Assembly (NCBI RefSeq): GCF_963921235.1
Contig: NC_086098.1
Coordinates: forward strand, 6,138,001 to 6,202,000
Direction: 5' to 3'
Source: Mobula hypostoma
Taxonomy: Eukaryota
Length of the DNA stretch: 64,000 nt
Shown here: piece after piece, positions 36,958 to 48,830 of the stretch
Layout: every line of letters starts with the position of its first letter
How positions within the stretch are numbered: position 1 is the stretch's first letter
Made by a program: the position numbers and the translations under genes
Notes under the pieces: generated by a model
The model's database searches: none
The model's input: only the letters and a program-made list of their open reading frames with translations
Told to the model about the DNA's origin: nothing

Positions 36958-37700
36958 CTAGATAGATAGATATACTTTATTGATCCCGAGGGAAATTAGG
37001 TTTCATTACAGCTGCACCAACCAGGAACAGAGTACAAACATAGCAATACAAACCCACAAACAATCAAATAATAATATGTAAACCATGCCAGACAGAAATA
37101 AGTCCAGGACCAGCCCATTAGCCCAGGGTGTCCGACTAGGCAGGAATGACTTCCCATGACGCTCTGTGCTGTATCCCGGTGGAATGAGTCTCTGGCTGAA
37201 TGTACTCCTGTGCCCAACGGTATAAATGATGTTACACGCCGACGTCCGGTTGGCAGAGGGAGGGATGTACACAACAACCACAATTGCATGTGAGATTTCC
37301 CTTGGCAAATAATATGGCCGGAGTTCAACAGCAAAAAGTTCAATATCCGGGCTACAAGCACGTTCCTTGATTGTAATATGACCAGGATTGCACCATCTGT
37401 TGTTAACCAGCACAGCAAGCCACCATCCTTTATGCTTACCGCTCTCAGTGCCCTTCCGGTCAGCCCGAACAGTCTGCAAGCCCTTTATGGAAACATTTTG
37501 GTTGGGTATGTCCTCATGCAGCCACGTTTCAGTAAAACACATAACACTGCACTCCCAAAATGTTCTCTGACTCCTGGCTAGCGCCGTCAACTCGTCCATT
37601 TTATTACCCAGTGATCTCACATTGACCATAAAGAGAGAGGGAAAACACGGCTTATAACTCCTCTTCTCCATAAATCTCTGTTGTCTCGACCCGGTCCCTT
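36958..37700 (-). mobile_element. Rex1/Babar-like internal-deletion derivative encoding APE endonuclease N-terminus
   Basis: ORF 37006-37734: NVRSLGNKMDEL..CFTETWL..VNNRWC..RPYYLPRE..VYIPPSA fused to STFSQRLIPP..SFLP; (taga)n tail. Confidence 0.85.
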
Positions 37701-38461
37701 GTGTAGGTATTAAAATCTTTAGCTTTATTTCCACTGTCTATCTCAGATTAAAGTATTTTTTTTAAGGGAACAATTCATTAGAAGTTCGTGTTTTCATTCC
37801 CAAGGGTGTTAAGTAGCCTCAGGACATCCTCAAATTCACTTTCATCATTCTCTGTTGATGACATTTCTTCGGTCTGAATGTTCTATGTAAAAGTTGTGAT
37901 TGTAAATTAAAATGTTAATCCAAGTGATTGATGCAGAAAATAACAAGGGAAATAGATACCTTCACAGTTCAAATGAGCACATGAAGAAGCCTCCTCGCTC
38001 CATGCTTGTGGTATAAAGGTATTAGGAACGTTTCTTCCAAAAGAATGATATTTCAAAGGACTGTGTTCTTCTAAATTAAAAATAAAATGGTGTGAGTATT
38101 CAACAGGCCAGGGAATCGTCTGAAGATTTGGTAAGTCATCTAGAACTTCGACAGACTTCTATGGATGTGTGGTGGAGAGTATATTGACTGGTTGCATCAC
38201 AGCCTGATATGGAAACACCAATGCTTTTGTATGGAAAAGCCTACAAAAAGTAGTGGATATGACCCAGTCCATCACAGGTAAAATCCTCACCACCATCGAG
38301 CACATCTATATGGAGCGCTAGCACAGGAAGGAAGCATCCATCATCAGGAACACCCACTACGCAGGACATGCTCTCTTCTATCAGGAAGAAGGCACAGGAG
38401 GCTCAGGAACAGTTATCACCCCTCAACCATCAGGTTCTTGAACCAGAGTGGATAAGATCAC

Positions 38462-38787
38462 ACATAACATTTGCTGGTGAACGCAGCAGGCCAGGCAGCA
38501 TCTATTGGAAGAGGTACAGTCAACTTTTCGGGCCGAGAACCTTCGTCAGGACTAACTGAAAGAAGAGCTAGCAAGAGATTTGAAAGTGGGAGGGGGAAGG
38601 GGAGATCCAAAATGATAGGAGAAGACAGGAGGGGGAGGGATGGAGCCAAGAGTTGGACAGTTGATTGGAAAAAGGGATATGAGAGGATCATGGGACAGGA
38701 GGCCCAGGAAGAAGGAAAAGGAGGAGGGGGGGGAAAAACCCAGAGGATGGGCAAGGGGTATAGTGAGAGGGACAGAGGGAGGAAAAG

Positions 38788-38819
<32 letters not shown>

Positions 38820-39465
38820 ATGTCTGTATATAAATAAATAACAGATGGGGTACGAGGGGGAGGTGGGGCAGTAGCAGAAGTTTGAGAAGTCAATGTTCAT
38901 GCCATCAGGTTGGAGGCTACCCAGACAAAATATAAGGTGTTGTTCCTCCAACCTGAGTGTGGCTTCATCTTTACAGTAGAGGAGGCTGTGGATAGACATA
39001 TCGGAATGGGAATGGGACGTGAAATTACCTTTCTGTCCCCCTCGTACCCCATCCGTTATTTATTTATATACACACATTCTTTCTCTCTCTTTCTCCTTTT
39101 TCTTCCTCCATCCCTCTCACTATACTCCTTGCCCATCCTCTGGGTTTCTCCCCCCCTCCCCCTTTTCTTTCTCCCTGGGCCTCCTGTCCCATGATCTTCT
39201 CATATCCCTTTTGCCAATCACCTGTCCAGCTCTTGGTTCCATCCCTCCCCCTCCTGTCTTCTCCTATCATTTCGTATCTGCCCCTCCCCCTCCCACTTTT
39301 AAATCTCTTACTAGCTCTTCTTTCAGTTGGTCCTGACGAAGGGTCTCGGCCTGAAATGTCGACTGTACCTCTTCCTAGAGATGCTGCCTGGCCTGCTGCA
39401 TTCACCAGCAACTTTGATGTGTGTTGCTTGAAATTCCAGCATCTGCAGAATTCCTCGTGTTTGCA
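38462..39465. mobile_element. Penelope-like element: GIY-YIG C-terminus between about 400-bp inverted terminal repeats
   Basis: ORF 38688-38999 LRLEEQHLIFCLGSLQPDGMNIDFSNF; arms 38462-38861 and 39036-39424; perfect 13-bp TSD tggataagatcac at 38449-38461 and 39466-39478. Confidence 0.9.
39329..39364 (+). ncRNA. Minimal type I hammerhead ribozyme motif
   Basis: ggtc-CTGACGA-A-GGG-tctcgg-CCT-GAAA-TGTC-gact; stem I ggtc/gact; predicted cleavage after GUC at 39360. Confidence 0.7.
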
Positions 39466-40040
39466 TGGATAAGATCACTCAGCTTCACTCACCCCATCAA
39501 TGAAATGTTCCCTCAACCTATGGATTCACCATCAAGGACTCCTTGCCTCATATTCTTGATGTCTATTGCTTATTTATTTTTTTAATTATTTTTTTCTATT
39601 CCTTTTTGTATTTGCACAGCTTGTCTTTGTACATTTATCATCTCCCGTTTCGTTGGGTGGGGCCTTCCATTGATGCTATTTTGTTGCTTCTATTTACTGT
39701 GAACACCCACAAAAAATGAATCTCAGAGTTGTACATGCTGACATATAGAGTGTGTACTTCGATAATAAATTTACATTGAACTTTGAACTCTGATTCTGAT
39801 TCTTTCTGAATAAAAGATGTCTTGATTTCACACTTTCTCTGATGATTCTGGGACGCCTCATGGGACCACTGACTCTGTAACAGACTGAGTAGGAGGATCC
39901 TGATGGGATGGATGGGAAGGTATGTGGCTTGTGGTGTATCACATTGCCTCTGCTATTTACCCAGAGCTTCTGCTTGCTCTTGATGCGGGAACTTCAGGCT
40001 CACAATACCATCACAGACGCTCCTCCAGTTTCATCAGTTA

Positions 40041-40872
40041 AGACCATAAGACCATAAGATATAGGAGCAGAAGTAGGTGACTTAGCCCATCAAGTCCGCT
40101 CTGCCATTCAGTCATGGGCTGATCCAATTCTTCCAGTCATCTCCACTCCCCTGCCTTCTCCCCATACCCTTTGATGCCCTGGCTAATCAAGAACCTATCT
40201 ATCTCTGCCTTAAATGCACCCGATGACTTGGCCTCCACAGCCACTCATGGCAACAAATTCCACAGATTTCCCACCTTCTGATTAAAGTAATTTCTCCGCA
40301 TCTCTGTTCTAAATGGACGTCCTTCAATCCTGAAGTTGTGCCCTCTTGTCCTAGAATCCCCTACCATGAGAAATAACTTTGCCATGTCCAATCTGTTCAG
40401 GCCTTTTAACATTCAGAATGTTTCTATGAGATCCCCCCCACCCCCACCATTCTCCTGAGCTCCAGGGAATACAGCCCAAAAGCTGCCAGATGTTCCTCAT
40501 ACGGTAACCCTTTCATTCCTGGAATCATTCTCATGAATCTTCTCTGAACCCTCTCCACTGTCAGTATATCCTTTCGAAAATAAAGAGCCCAAAATTACAC
40601 ACAATACTCCAAGTGTCGTCTCACGAGTGCCTTATAGAGCCTCAATATCACATCCCTGCTCTTATAATCCATACCTCTAGAAATGAATGCCAACATTGCA
40701 TTTGCCTTCTTCATCACTGACTCAACCTGGAGGTTAACCTTCAGGGTATCCTGCATAAGAACTCCCAAGTGCCTTTACATCTCTACATTTTGAATTCATT
40801 CCCCATCTAAATAATAGTCTATCCATTTATTTCTTCCACCAAAGTGCATGACCATACACTTTCCAACATTTG
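40041..40872 (-). mobile_element. CR1 3' fragment
   Basis: (agaccata)n tail; similar to 27250-28120 and 51430-52380. Confidence 0.85.
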
Positions 40873-41384
40873 ATCTGTATGATCTGTATGCAGAACCAGC
40901 TTTTCACTGTATCTCGATACATGTGACAGTAACAGTGTAAACAAATTTCAATTCCAATTCCAATAGTTTATTTTTGTTAATTTTCATGTAGAGATACAGC
41001 ATGGAACCGGTCCTTCTGGCCTTTTGAGCTGTGTCACCAGCAACACATTGATTTAACCCTAGCCTAATCACAGGACACACAATGACTAGGGTCACCCATC
41101 TTGTAAAGACACTGCCCAGAAGAAGGCAATGGCAAACCACTTCTGCAGAAAAATTTGCTCCATCTTGGGTACTAGGCTACAAAGTATCCAGAACATCTTC
41201 AAGGAGCAGTGTCTCAGAAAGGCAATGCCCAGCAGCCAGAGTATGCCTTTTTCTTACTGTTACCATCAGGTAGGAGATACAGAAGCCTGAAAGCACACAC
41301 TCAGTGACTCAGGAACAGCTTCTTCACATCTGCTATCTGATTCCTAAATGGACATTGAACCTATGAACACTACCTCACTTTTGA

Positions 41385-41692
41385 TGCTCGGTGCTCGGTG
41401 TCGAATAGGTGGTCGGAGGCTCGGAGTTTTTTGGACGGACCCGGAGTCGGACTGTGGTCGGATGCTTCCGGGATGCTGCATTGCAAGTTGGCGGCACTGG
41501 GGGTTTACCGTCTGCGTGAGATGATGGGACTATATGTTATAATTATGTGTTTCTTGTTAGTTTTTAAGTCGGTTTGTCATGTGTTTTCGTGATACCATTC
41601 TGGAAAAACATTTTTATCATTTCCTAATGCATGCATTACTAAATGACAATAAAAGGGGACTGTGTGTCCTCATAATTATAATCATAATCATA
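41385..41692 (+). mobile_element. 5'-truncated copy of the 19061-19700 retroposon
   Basis: Shared atgcattactaaatgacaataaaag.ggactgtgtgtcctcataat 3' end. Confidence 0.75.
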
Positions 41693-41799
41693 ATATATAT
41701 TACTTCTGTTCTTGCATGAATTTTAATCTATTCAATATACATATGCTGTAGTTGATTTACTTATTTATTTATTATTATTAGTATTATTATTTTTCCTTT

Positions 41800-42040
41800 T
41801 CTGGAAAGGAAGCTGGAATATGCCGGGCACTTGTTATGAGGTGGTGGACTGCAGAAATTGTTATTGGAAGGGATGACAGAAGGAAAGAGGGAAAGAGGAA
41901 GGCAGCGAACCACTTGGTACGATAATGTGAGGCAACGGATTGGGTTGAGTTATGCTGAGGCCAGAAAAAGAGCGCAAGATCGAAGAAGATGGAGGTGCAT
42001 AGCTGCCAACCCCAGATTCAGGACGGCACTGACTGACTGA
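41800..42040 (+). mobile_element. RTE-clade LINE 3' end (third distinct RTE family)
   Basis: LLEGMTEGKRERGRQRTTWYDNV..AQDRRRWR; (actg)n tail. Confidence 0.8.
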
Positions 42041-43689
42041 CTTTTTTTTTCTTCTTCTTCTTCTATATTATGTATTGTATTGAACTGCTGATGCTGTTAA
42101 CAAATTTCACGACACATGCCAGTGATGATAAACCTGATTCTGATTCTCATTCTGATTGAACACTGTACTCCAACAGCCCAAGCTGTAATAGTGTCACACT
42201 AACTACAAAGCTACATGCATGACGAAGAAGGAACCACACCCAGTTAGTCTTAAAATTTATACATTGCCCAATTCCTAGTCATTCCCCAATAAAAATGTAA
42301 ATTTTCATTTCCTTTAGCAAGTCTATGGTAAATTATTGTTGGAAAAAAACACACTGAAACAATATATATTCAGAAGATTCTCTGTCACTAAATCTTTAAT
42401 ACCAAATTTGGGCTGTCAATACTTGTAGCCATGTTCCTTCCTTTAAACCACAAACTCATCCTCAAAGATGGTTCTAGAACCATGAGTGCTGGAATGAGAT
42501 GGTCACTGTTTAATGAATATTTTGACTTTTACTGAGATATCAATGTGAGCACCACTTTTCCACATTTCTTACAGCAGCCCCTCATCCCTCCTGGGGCATA
42601 TGCTGCCAACAGCAGCGTGCTGGAGTCCTCTGGCCTGGGCCTGTCATTCAAGTTGTCCCCAGGTGTAGCCCATCTTCAAAGACCCTTCCTCTCCCAGGGA
42701 TAAGGCACTCGGAGCTTCTGCTGGTGTTTCTGCAGCTCTGAGTATTTTACAGGATGGGGTTACCAGCCCTGTTCCCAACCCTCCTCTGTTTGCAGCCAGG
42801 CGTGGGACCATCCATGGCGGAGTTACCTCTTCACGTAGACGGATACGACATACATTTTCTGATATTATTTGAAGAGCTTGTATGGTGTTAACACCTTCAG
42901 ACATAGGAGCAGGATTAGGTCATTCAGCCTATCTAAGCTTTACCATTTCATCATGGCTGATTTATTATCCCGCTCAACCCCATTCTTTTGCATTTCTTCT
43001 TGTAACCTTTGATGCCCTGACTAATCAAGAACGTCCACTTTAAATTTACCCAATTACTTGGCCTTCATAGCTGTCTGTAGAAATGAATTCCACACATTCA
43101 CCACCTTCTAGCTAAAGAAATTCTTCTTCATCTCTGTTCTAAAGGGACATCCTTGTATTCCGAGGTTGCACCCTCTGGTCCTAGACTCCCCCACCATAGG
43201 AAACATTCTCTCCATGTCCACTCTATCTCGGCCTTTCAACATTTCACAGGTTTCAATGAGATAATATTCTGGCCAATACTTAATTCTTTACATGACCAAG
43301 TAGCTGGTTAATAATATTATTCCTGTTTATGCAACCATGTTAAATGTAAATTAAATGCTTTGCTGCACTATATTACAGCAGAAGATACATTTCAGATGTA
43401 GTACATTGACTGTGAAGGAACCTGGGACAGTGTGAATAGGGACCGTGCCAGTGAATTGCACTGTGCAACTGTCTGCCTATTACTTCCTGTGTAATTACCA
43501 TGACAATTTTACCATCAACATTCAAGACGGAGTAAAAAGATTATATCTTTTATACTTTCTTTGAAGAACTTCGTCTAATCTTAAAATTAGGTTAACAGAT
43601 TGTTGACCTTTGGAAAACTAAACTTTCTTTAAAATTAGTACCTTTAAAAAATCTATTTAAAATCTATTACAATAAAGACAGAATAATTT

Positions 43690-43948
43690 TAATCACAAAC
43701 ATGAGAAAGTCAGCAGATGCTGGAAATCCAAAGCAACACACATAAAATGCTGGAGGAACTCAACAGGTCAGGCAGCATCGATGGAAAACAGGAAACAGTC
43801 GATTTTTAGACCCTGAAGAAGGGTCTCAGCCCGAAACGTCAACTGATTATTCTTTTTTATAGATGTTGCCTGACCCGTGAGTTCCTCCAGCATTTTGTGT
43901 GTGCTGCTTGGATTGCCAACATCTGCAGATTTTTCTTGTTTGTGATTA
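43690..43948. mobile_element. Penelope-derived end-to-end hairpin (MITE-like) with hammerhead core
   Basis: taatcacaaac...gtttgtgatta termini, about 110-bp arms; CTGAAGA-A-GGG-tctcag-CCC-GAAA-CGTC at 43813-43840. Confidence 0.8.
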
Positions 43949-46317
43949 GGCAGTACCCTGGTTCTGTACTGTTCAATGTGCCCACCACCCAGGCCATGCT
44001 CTCTTCTTGTTGCTGCCATCAAGAAGGAGGTACAGGAGCCTCAGGACTCACACCACCAGGTTATCAGACTCTTGAACCAGCAGGGATAACTTAGTTTATG
44101 CCAATATTTGCTTAATTTTATTGCTTGCACAATTTGTGTTTTTTCTATACATTGAATGTTTGATGGTCTCCTTTTTTTAATGGGTTCTATTGGATTTTGT
44201 TTTTTTGTGGCTGCCTGTAAGGAGACAAATCACAAGGTTGTATATAGTATACATACTTTTATAATAAATGTACTTTGAACTTTGATCCTCACTCAACTTC
44301 ACTCACCCAAACACTGAACTGTTCGCACAACCTATGGACTCATTTTCAAGGACTCTTCATTTAATGTTCTCGATATTTATTGCTTGTTTATTTATTTTTA
44401 TGTTTGATTGTTCATTTTTTTTCTTCTTGTATTTTCACAGTTTACTGTCTTTTGCACATTGGCTGTTTCTCGACCTTGTGTGCAGCTTTGCCTTGGTTCT
44501 ATTGTGTTATTGTGAATGCCTGCAAGAATACGAATGTCAGGATAGAATGTAGTGACATACTGTAGTAAATTCACTTCGAACTTTGAACTTTTGAACATCT
44601 GTCTCTCTCCATTTGATAGTACTAAGCACAAGTTATTCAGTATTGCCTTGCTACCTACAATATTTATACCAATATTTCCACTAATTTGTAGATATGATCC
44701 TTATAAAAATAAATCTGAAAGGATGCAAAAAGCCACAAAAACGTAAATGTTGAAGTAGCTTTCATAAATCAGCTATAAAACTGTGCTGTGGCATTAACTG
44801 AAAATGCTTGTAGGAGGCTGGAGAAAGTGCTGATTGGTGAAGGCTGTCAATAGTGAAGAATGAATGCTTGGGAGTGGGGTCCTCCTTTCTGTTAGTGGGT
44901 AGCAGGAGGGCTATTCTGAAAGACACCAACACATGCTGATGCTGAGTTGTGCAACTGCTACCACTCTCTGACACTACACCATCAATCATGTCTCGCTGCC
45001 TACATCACTAGCTGTTCTTTAAGATATCTGAAGAGATCAAAAGAAAGCCCAGCTCTGCAGAGGCCAATGAGATGCCTCTCCCTCCCCCCTTCAAATCCTC
45101 CAACTGCAGGCCTGAGAAAAATGTGCATAGAAATAATTTTATTGAAGTAAAGGACTTGCAATTGCCCCTTTTGTCTCATCAATAGAAGATGCTTTGAAAG
45201 ATCAGAGGAACATGTAGAATTATTTTGACTTGCAGTTTGAGTTGATCTAAGAGAAGCTCATATCCGCGTTGTTTTGTTACAACAGGCAACACAAGATCTC
45301 ACTAGAACAAGCCGAAGCTCGTTAGAGACAGGGGGTGATGCAAATCTAAGGCCAAAAAGGATTGAGCCGATCTATTAAAGATACAGATTAGCTCTATTTG
45401 TCACATGGATGTTGAAACAGTGAGATGCGTCACTTGCTTCAAATCCAAGCGGTGAGGATTATACTGAGGGCAGCCCACAAGGGTCACCGTGCTTCCGTCG
45501 CCAGCATGGCATGCCCACAATTCACTGACTGCAACCTGTGTGCCTTTGGAATGTGGACGGGAAACCGGAGGAAACTTATTCAGTCACAGAGAGAACAGAC
45601 AAACTCCTTACAGACAGTGGCAGTAATCAAACTCCAAACGGTGATGGGTAGCGTTGTACAGTGACTGCACTCACTGCTACACCACCATGCTGCCTGCCAG
45701 GTTACTGTTTGTGCGTCTTTTTTCATTGTATTCTTGTGTATCTTTTCATGTGTATTGTTTCATGTTTCTGTGTTCTAATATGAATGCCAACAAAGAAATG
45801 AATTGCAGGGCAGTATATAATAACATTTAAATATTTTATTAATAAATTTAATTTGAACTTTGAATTTTGATTAGTTAGCATCTCTGCTAGCATACAGTCA
45901 TTGAAATGAGGGCATCAATTTTTCTCAGAATCCATCATTGAACTAAAATGCTATTGTGGAACTGGAATTCTTACTAGATTTTTATTGCCGTTTTTCTCAA
46001 GTTCAACCATTAGATTTGTTCATGTGTGTATTCCCTTCATCCACCAGTGTTAGTGAGGAGGCATGCATTTATTTATTCAGTGATGGAGCACTGACCAGGT
46101 CCTCCCAGCCCAATGAACCGTACCACCCAGAACCCATCTATTTAACACCAGCATACACACAGGACAGTTTACAATGACCAATTAACCTACTGACCGGTAT
46201 GTCTTCGGACTGTGGGAGGAAATCGGAGCACCTAGCGGAAACTCACGTAGTCATGGAGAGAAGGTACGGTACAAACTCCTTACAGATGACACCAGAATTG
46301 AACACTCAACTTCAACA

Positions 46318-46464
46318 CAAAATACTCTGCAGATGCCGGGGTCAAAGCAACATGCACAACATGCTGGAGGAACTCAGCAGGTTGGGCAGCATCCTAACGA
46401 AGGGTCTCGGCCCGAAACGTTGACTGTTCGTTTCCGCGGATGCTGCCCGACCTGTTGAGCTCCT
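46318..46464. mobile_element. Penelope-derived short fold-back element
   Basis: 13-bp TSD ct(c/g)aacttcaaca at 46305-46317 and 46465-46477; mutated core ctaacga-agggtctcggccc-gaaacgtt. Confidence 0.75.
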
Positions 46465-46604
46465 CTGAACTTCAACAACTCCTTGCTGTGGTAGCAATGT
46501 ACCAACCATACACCACCATGTTGCCTTCAGAGGATAGTGTTCAATACAGATGTGGGAGTATTTCACTGCATTGATGACGGGGGAATAAGTGTATCCCGTT
46601 ATAT

Positions 46605-46870
46605 AGTAGTGTAATGGTTCGCACAACATCTTTCAGTATCAGCGAACTGGGTTCAGTCCTGGCGTCATCTGTAAGGAGTTTGTATGTTTTCCCTGTAATT
46701 GCATGGGTTTCCTCTGAGTGCTCCGATTTCTTCCCACAGACCAAAGACACACTGGTTGGTAGGTTAATTAGTCTTTGTAAATTGTCCCGTGATTAGGCTC
46801 GGGTTAAACCGGGGGATTGCTGGCTGGCGCAGTTTGAAGGGCTGGAAGAGCCTATTGCACTCTGTATCTC
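46605..46870 (+). mobile_element. V-domain tRNA-derived SINE
   Basis: ggagtttgtatgttttccctgt...gggtttcctctgagtgctccgatttcttcccacagaccaaagac central domain; related copies at about 46875-47560, 48600-48820 and 52790-52930. Confidence 0.75.
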
Positions 46871-47021
46871 ACTGGCGTTACACTATTACAGCCCACGGAG
46901 CCGGGGTTTGGAATGCAGTTCCGGCGTCTCCTGTACATTCTCCCTGTGGCCACGTTGGTTTCCTCCGGGTGCTCCAGTTTCCTCCCACAGTGCAAAGACG
47001 TACCGGTTGGTAGGTTAATTA

Positions 47022-47442
47022 CCTACTGACTGCCTATTATGCCACTGGTGTTCAGGACAGTAATGAAGGTCCTCCATCTCTGGCCGTGTTCAGGCCTTCC
47101 TTCATCGTGACAGTAGATTCCACTTTTTCTTGGTTTTCTCTACTGTCAGTCATGCAATTCCCAGGTAGAGATGTGGGAACACTGTCGCACTCAGATGTAG
47201 AAGGGTTCTTCATTGCTGTTTCTGTAACAATTTTGTTTGACCAGTCAGGGTTGTTAGCCTTGAGCTGAACCCCCAAACCTGGAGGAGCGGTGGGCCACTC
47301 TTAGTCTGGCCTCTACCCTTTGACCTGGGTGACCCAACAAGAGCCAAAGCATAAAGCCCTGATTTCAGCCAATGTAGCTCTTCAGGTCATCGAAGCACAC
47401 AAGCCAGCAAGCCACGATGAGGTTGTGGTCCTCTTGGAGGAA
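47022..47442 (-). mobile_element. RTE/Expander-derived bipartite element inserted in a V-SINE
   Basis: Homologous to 20239-20652; 12-bp TSD gtaggtta(a/c)tta at 47010-47021 and 47443-47454. Confidence 0.75.
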
Positions 47443-48830
47443 GTAGGTTACTTAGTCATTGCAAATTTTCCAATAATTAGGCTAAGGTTAAATCAGAGGG
47501 TTGCTGGGCAGCACGGCTCAAAGGACTGGGAGGGCCTAGTCTGTGCAGTATCTCAATAAATAAACACATTTTTGGATCTTCCGTAATTCCCTTTGACTTT
47601 TTCCTCTTGGCCATCTCTACAGAAAATGAATTCCAATAGCACGCAATTTACTGGTAATGACAGAAGCCTTTCATTAACTCACTAAAGCAGCCATTTCAAA
47701 GGTGTAACTCAGGAGCAAACACTGAAGCTTAATAGGTTATTTAATTATAGAGGAGAAATTGTCAAAAGCAATCTGATTCAGTCCTTGCATAATGTCTGTA
47801 TGTATACACATTCTGTCAGAGATATTTCTCGATGGCAATCATTAATAATTTCCATCTCCTTATCATAGAAGCTATCACGGATAATTTTATGCAGAACATT
47901 GACTTAATATGATAATCGACAAGATTCACTTGTGAAAACCACCACTGGCGTTCTGAGACACACTGACACTTTGATAGAAAAAATGTTAAAATTCTAATTT
48001 TAAATTGAGAGGAATAAGAGAGTGTCTAATTAGCATGTGATTATCAACTGTTAGGTTAACAGCAAACATGTTTATAGTTTAACTAGTGATATTCAACGAT
48101 AAGTTGTAAAATACAGGGAGAAGAAGCCAATATCACAAATCAGAGAAAGTTGCAAACAGAGACAGATGGGTTGAAATTTTCTGTAAATTCTACTTGTTTC
48201 TCATTGTTTGCTTTATATTTCAGTATTTCATTGGGATTCTGCCAGAATCCTACGATTCCGATGGGAATCCTGAAAAACCCCTGTAAAATTAAAGCTTTAG
48301 AACCTTTCGTTGTCTAAATTTTACTTCTCCTTCACGTTTACAGCTTGCATGGAATCAGGAGCAAGTTATGAAAGTCAGGATTATTAAGTAATGAAAGGCA
48401 GAAGGGTCTGCGACCAATGAACAAGAGGGGGTAAGCAAATAGAGCTATCTTTTTGATCAGATCCAAGGTCAAGACAGAAGACTGGGTCGAGAGTGAAAAT
48501 AGATCAGCCATGACGAAATAATGGAGCAGACTCAATGAGCAAAACGGCCTAATTCTGCTCCTATATCTAATGGTCTTATGATCTTATGGTTGTAAAGCGA
48601 TTAGCGTAACACTGTTACGGTACCAGTGATCGAGGTTGCAGATCCGCTTCCGTCTGTAAGGAAGTTGTACGTTCACCACGTGACCATGTTCGTTTCCTCT
48701 GGGTGTTCCATTTCCCACCCACGTTTCAAAGACATACTGGTCGTAGGTTAGTGGGTCACATAGGCGTAATAGAGCAGAGTGAGCTCATTGGTCCAGAAGT
48801 TAACGTGCTGTATCTCTAAATAAAATAAAT

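Larger units (their letters stand above)
38150..39788 (+). mobile_element. Rex1/L2-type LINE 3' fragment hosting a Penelope insertion
   Basis: FYGCVVESILTGCITA-coding segment; gaactttgaac tail at about 39780. Confidence 0.7.
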
